Assembly (NCBI GenBank): GCA_965644315.1
Contig: CBFFRQ010000031.1
Location: 248,001 to 312,000 of the forward strand
DNA: 64,000 bases
Source: Caecitellus pseudoparvulus
Taxonomy: Eukaryota > Protista > Bigyra: Bicosoecida
Reading direction: 5' to 3'
Made by a program: the position numbers and the translations under genes. Shown here one piece after another: positions 60,542 through 64,000 of the stretch; position 1 is the stretch's first letter; each line of letters starts with the position of its first letter. The notes under the pieces were generated by a model. It did not search any database. It was not told where the DNA came from and saw only the letters and a program-made list of their open reading frames with translations.

Positions 60542-63415
60542 ATGGTTCGTGTTCGGGAGCCAGAACTGCCTGGCGTTTCATCGCCCAGCACTCTCGCCCC
60601 CTCGCCTTTCACAGCCGCGAAGGAAGCGCTTCGACAAGCGGCAGGCCGAGAGGTTTGTGCTGGTGCACAGAAGCCGTGATGATCCCAGCTATGGCGTTGA
60701 GGGCGCCTCGGACATGGTGCTGCTCAATACCAAAGACCACACGGTGAGCGCTGCGGCTGGCCCGATGTAGAGAGCCCCACCCGCACTCCCGCACCTTCCT
60801 TGCCTGCACAGGCAATTGGCACAGACGCAGAAGGGGCCACGACAACGCTGGACGAGCGCACCCTGGCCAAGCACGCACAGACACGTGTGCATGGACGGGC
60901 TGTCGCAGAGGTGGACGAGTTCGGCTTCCCAGTTGATGGGTACGACTACCACCAGCACTTGGCAAGCATCGGGGGCGGCACGTTCATCACGCCCACGGGA
61001 GAGCTGCTGTCTGTGAAAACGGACGAGGGGCAGCTCATCTCTGAGGGGGAAATCACAGACACCGAGTCTGTGTGCAGCGTGCCAGACGCTGACCTGGGTG
61101 GCGAGCTGCTGCCCTCCATCACCATGGGTGGCCAACGCATGCCTGCGGAGCTCAAGGAGGCCCTGGAGCTGTTGGAGGCCGTGGACGAAGATGACTCCTT
61201 GCTCACCCCTGCGGGGCCGGCAGTGCCGGTGGGGGATACTTCCGCAGGAAGCTCTGCCGCTGCCCAGGCGGGCGGCCGTGCTGCGCCTGACGCAGACGAG
61301 CCCGAGGATCGTGATCGCCGCCACCGTCGACGCAAGATCCGACCCAAGCCCCAAGCTGTGCAGGGCTTTGAGATGCTCAACGATGACTTCATTCTGCAAG
61401 CTGCAGGTGAGAAGGATGCCAGTGACTGGTTTGTGGGCGGGCAAGCCGGCGCTCCGGAGGTGGGGGCAGGCGGCGGGGAGGAAGGATTTGGCATTGCAGG
61501 GGATGCCTTGCCTGCCACCCAGCTCGCGGCAGCGGAGCATGCCAGCCGTGTCGCCATGGGCAGCGATGCCGCCGCAGCATTCATGCAGCGGCACGAGGCC
61601 GCCATGGCAGCTGCCGCCCAGGTGGGTGCCGCGGCCCCCGCGCCTGGCCGCCCGCTCGTTGTGGATGCCGCCGCCCTGGATGCCCACACCGCTCAGCTCA
61701 TGGCCCAGGCGGGGGAAGAGGAGGAGGACATTGATGAAGTGTTCGCGGCCATGGACGCAGAGGCCTCTGCGGGGGCACAAGCGGCCGCTGCAGCCCAGGT
61801 TCGCTACGTGCCCTTGTCGCAGTCTGGCTTCGACATCGATGCGCACGCTGCCAAGCTGATCGCCGCATCCCAGGGCATCTACGAGGACTTGGATGGCGAG
61901 GAAAGCGAGCACGACGACGAGGCTGCCGGGCATGGTGCGGACGTCGGCAGTGGCGGCGAGGAGGCGGCAGCGGGCTCAGCTGGGCCCGCCAACATCGATG
62001 CCCTTGCGGCTGAATCAGGCGTGAAGCGCGCCACAGGGGCTTCCAAGCAGCCGCTGGGGTACGAGGAGACGGCCTTTTTCAAGCAGTTCGTGGCCCAGTA
62101 CGACGACGACTTGCTCGGGTACGGGCAGAGCGACGAGGAAGATGGGTGGGCTGAGGAGGGCGTGGACAATGCCATGGCTGAAGACGAGCGCTTCCTGAGC
62201 ATCGAGCAGCTGGCCGCCAAGTACGGCATGGACATGGCCGAGGAGGGCGAGGAAGAGGAAGAGGGTGAGGAGGAGGAGGGCGGGGAGGGCGAGGGCGGGG
62301 AGAGTGTGGATGGCCGTGGCATGGGCAGTGCGCCAGAAGTGGGGGATGTCGTGCCGGGCTACGGCAAGCTTCTGCAGCCCAGCATGAACAGCTCCACAAT
62401 GTCAGGCGCGCACGCCCTGCTGAACGCGGCGCTGGATGACTACGGCAGGCAGCGTGTGACTGTGGAAGAGCTGTTTGCCGATGCGTACACGGGCCACACG
62501 GCGCAGGATATGGCGCGCCTGGCGCGAAAGGCAGCCAAGGCGGCCAAGGAAGAGGCCAGCGACGAAGAGGAGGAGGAAGGGGGGAGCAGTGGCAGCGACG
62601 GTGAGGAGGAGGAGGGCAGCGGCAGCGAGAGTGACAGCGAGGAGGAGGAGGAGGGCGAGGAGGAGGGAGACGTGGTGACGGCGCTGGGCGGCGAGCGCAT
62701 CGTTCCCTTCGGCTTTGGCGCTGGGGACCTGGAGAAAAGCGACGAGCAGCACGAGAAGGAGCTTTCGCAGCTGCTGCAGCGCAAGCCCCGCTCCAAGTGG
62801 GACGTGGAGACCGTGCTGAGCACGTACAGCACCACGGACAACCACCCCCACAAGCTGGGCGGGCGCTCGTCAGACAGCGTCATGACCGGCTCCCGTCGTC
62901 GACGCGGCCCAGGCTCAGTGGCCTCATCGGCCTCCCAAGGTGGGCCCACACCCACCTTGCTGGCTGGCACTTCCCGAGGCAGAGCCGGGGCTGCCGTGGC
63001 TGACGCACCTGTTGCAGAGCCCGCCCCCGCACCAGTGCCGCCTTCCGAGTCAGCTGCGTTCGCCATCAAGTTGCCGGCCTTCGAGCCCATGTCAAGCTCA
63101 GCTGGTGGCCGCGGTGCTGAGCATGACGGCTCCGAGGCGGGCGGGGGCGACGCAGACAGTGACGATGGCAGTGTGGACAGTGCCGGCGATGCAGGCACCT
63201 TCGCGTCCTCCATGGTGTCCAGGCGTGGCGAGACGCCCGACGAACGCAAGGCACGCAAGGCAGCTGTGCGGGCAGTGCGCAGGGCCCGACGGGCGCACAA
63301 GGCCGCCATGAAGGCTGCTTTCAAGGAGCAGGAAGCGGCCCTGAAGGCCGCCAAGGTGTCAGCAGCCAAGGGCGCGGCCTCTGCAGAAGGCCACTCTGTT
63401 TTCCGCATTGCCTGA
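60542..63415 (+). CDS. LTV1: 40S ribosome biogenesis factor LTV1 (introns 60545-60614, 60744-60811; first coding exon is ATG only)
   Basis: M|PRRKRFDKRQAERFVLVHRSRDDP; GFPVDGYDYHQHL; KWDVETVLSTYSTTDNHP; ETPDERKARKAAVR. Confidence 0.88.
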
Positions 63416-63432
63416 CGTGCGGCGGTGAGCTG

Positions 63433-63442
63433 CAATGCATTG
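63433..63442. promoter_or_regulatory. CAATGCATTG palindrome between convergent LTV1 and GH27 stops
   Basis: Sits near the centre of the 48-nt gap between the two stop codons. Confidence 0.6.
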
Positions 63443-63463
63443 TCGCCAGCACGCGCTGGGCTG

Positions 63464-64000
63464 TCACTGCGGGGTCAGGCGCAGTGCCACAACCCCGTGG
63501 CCGGGCGTGAGGGCAGTGAACGTGTCGCGGAAGGTGCCCACATCGCGGTGGGCCCACAGGTCTCGCACGTTGACGCTTTGCCCGGAGGTGAATCCGGCGT
63601 CCTGCATGTTCAAGGTGATGTTGGCGTCCTGCAGGGCAACGTTGTACAGGACAACGCCCACACTGCCATCAGCGAGGGGCGCCGCCCACACACTCCGCTC
63701 CGCAGTGGGCACGTCTTGGAACACGGTCAAGCACTGCTCTGCATCATCTGCTGGGTGCAAAGCACCGGCGGTCGCGTCCCACTTCCACACCTGCCCAGGT
63801 GTGCTGGAGGAGCAGGGCAACGTCACTGCGTTGCGCACGCCCAGCGTGGAGGTGGTGGCGATGTCCACCGCTGTCAGGCACTGGCCATTGTTGCCGGCCG
63901 TCACATGCCCAGTGGTGGGGTCATACTTCCACTCTGTCTGCTTGCCGTCGCAGGTGGCAGAGGCCGAGTCGTCCGCTTCGTTTCCGTGCCCATCGCACGG
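63464..64000 (-). CDS. Alpha-galactosidase (GH27)-type C-terminal domain preceded by a ricin-B lectin module; 5'-partial
   Basis: VWAAPLADGSVGVVLYN...VRDLWAHRDVG...HGVVALRLTP; CLT and QVWKW ricin motifs. Confidence 0.8.
   Translation of the reverse strand, partial: PCDGHGNEADDSASATCDGKQTEWKYDPTTGHVTAGNNGQCLTAVDIATTSTLGVRNAVTLPCSSSTPGQVWKWDATAGALHPADDAEQCLTVFQDVPTAERSVWAAPLADGSVGVVLYNVALQDANITLNMQDAGFTSGQSVNVRDLWAHRDVGTFRDTFTALTPGHGVVALRLTPQ

Noticed and set aside
1-64000. Endogenous virophage/Polinton, retrotransposon or DNA transposon
   Set aside because: No AT-rich island, no integrase, RT, transposase or capsid motifs, and no terminal repeats; nearly all sequence is explained by host genes.
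1-64000. Alternative genetic code or stop-codon readthrough
   Set aside because: Conserved proteins translate fully with the standard code once GT-AG introns are removed, and TAA, TAG and TGA all end genes.

Overview
Eukaryotic, GC-rich, very gene-dense nuclear DNA from a flagellated protist. A heterotrophic stramenopile/SAR lineage is my inference from gene content and style; it is not proven. I can support about 27 protein-coding genes, most with 1-4 short GT-AG introns (GTGCGT/GTGAGT donors), plus one tRNA-Thr(UGU). In order: PH/repeat/Rubicon-homology protein, inactive FGE-like protein, DDX52/ROK1, LSM7, DUF2103 protein, UTP14, mitochondrial ATP synthase gamma, DED1/DDX3, SAM carrier, glycosyltransferase-like protein, DDX1, RSP3, ING PHD protein, MBOAT acyltransferase, POC5/Sfi1-like protein, ARF GTPase, voltage-sensor adenylyl cyclase, ALG13, SZT2-like giant protein, ATG12, ALIX/BRO1, EF-hand coiled-coil protein, Ntn hydrolase, ECHS1, subtilisin, tRNA-Thr, LTV1 and a partial GH27 alpha-galactosidase. 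I saw no CRISPR array, rRNA, transposon or AT-rich viral insert. Most notable: (1) the hexamer AATGCA lies just downstream of, or overlaps, the stop codon of 16 of 27 genes, and as the palindrome AATGCATT it is shared by three convergent gene pairs, making it a candidate non-canonical polyadenylation/3'-end signal; (2) ATG12 ends in WA rather than WG, so it lacks the conjugation glycine; (3) a TGCGGAAATCGA element recurs upstream of start codons; (4) several proteins have unusual domain architectures. Gene models were read by eye and no database search was run.
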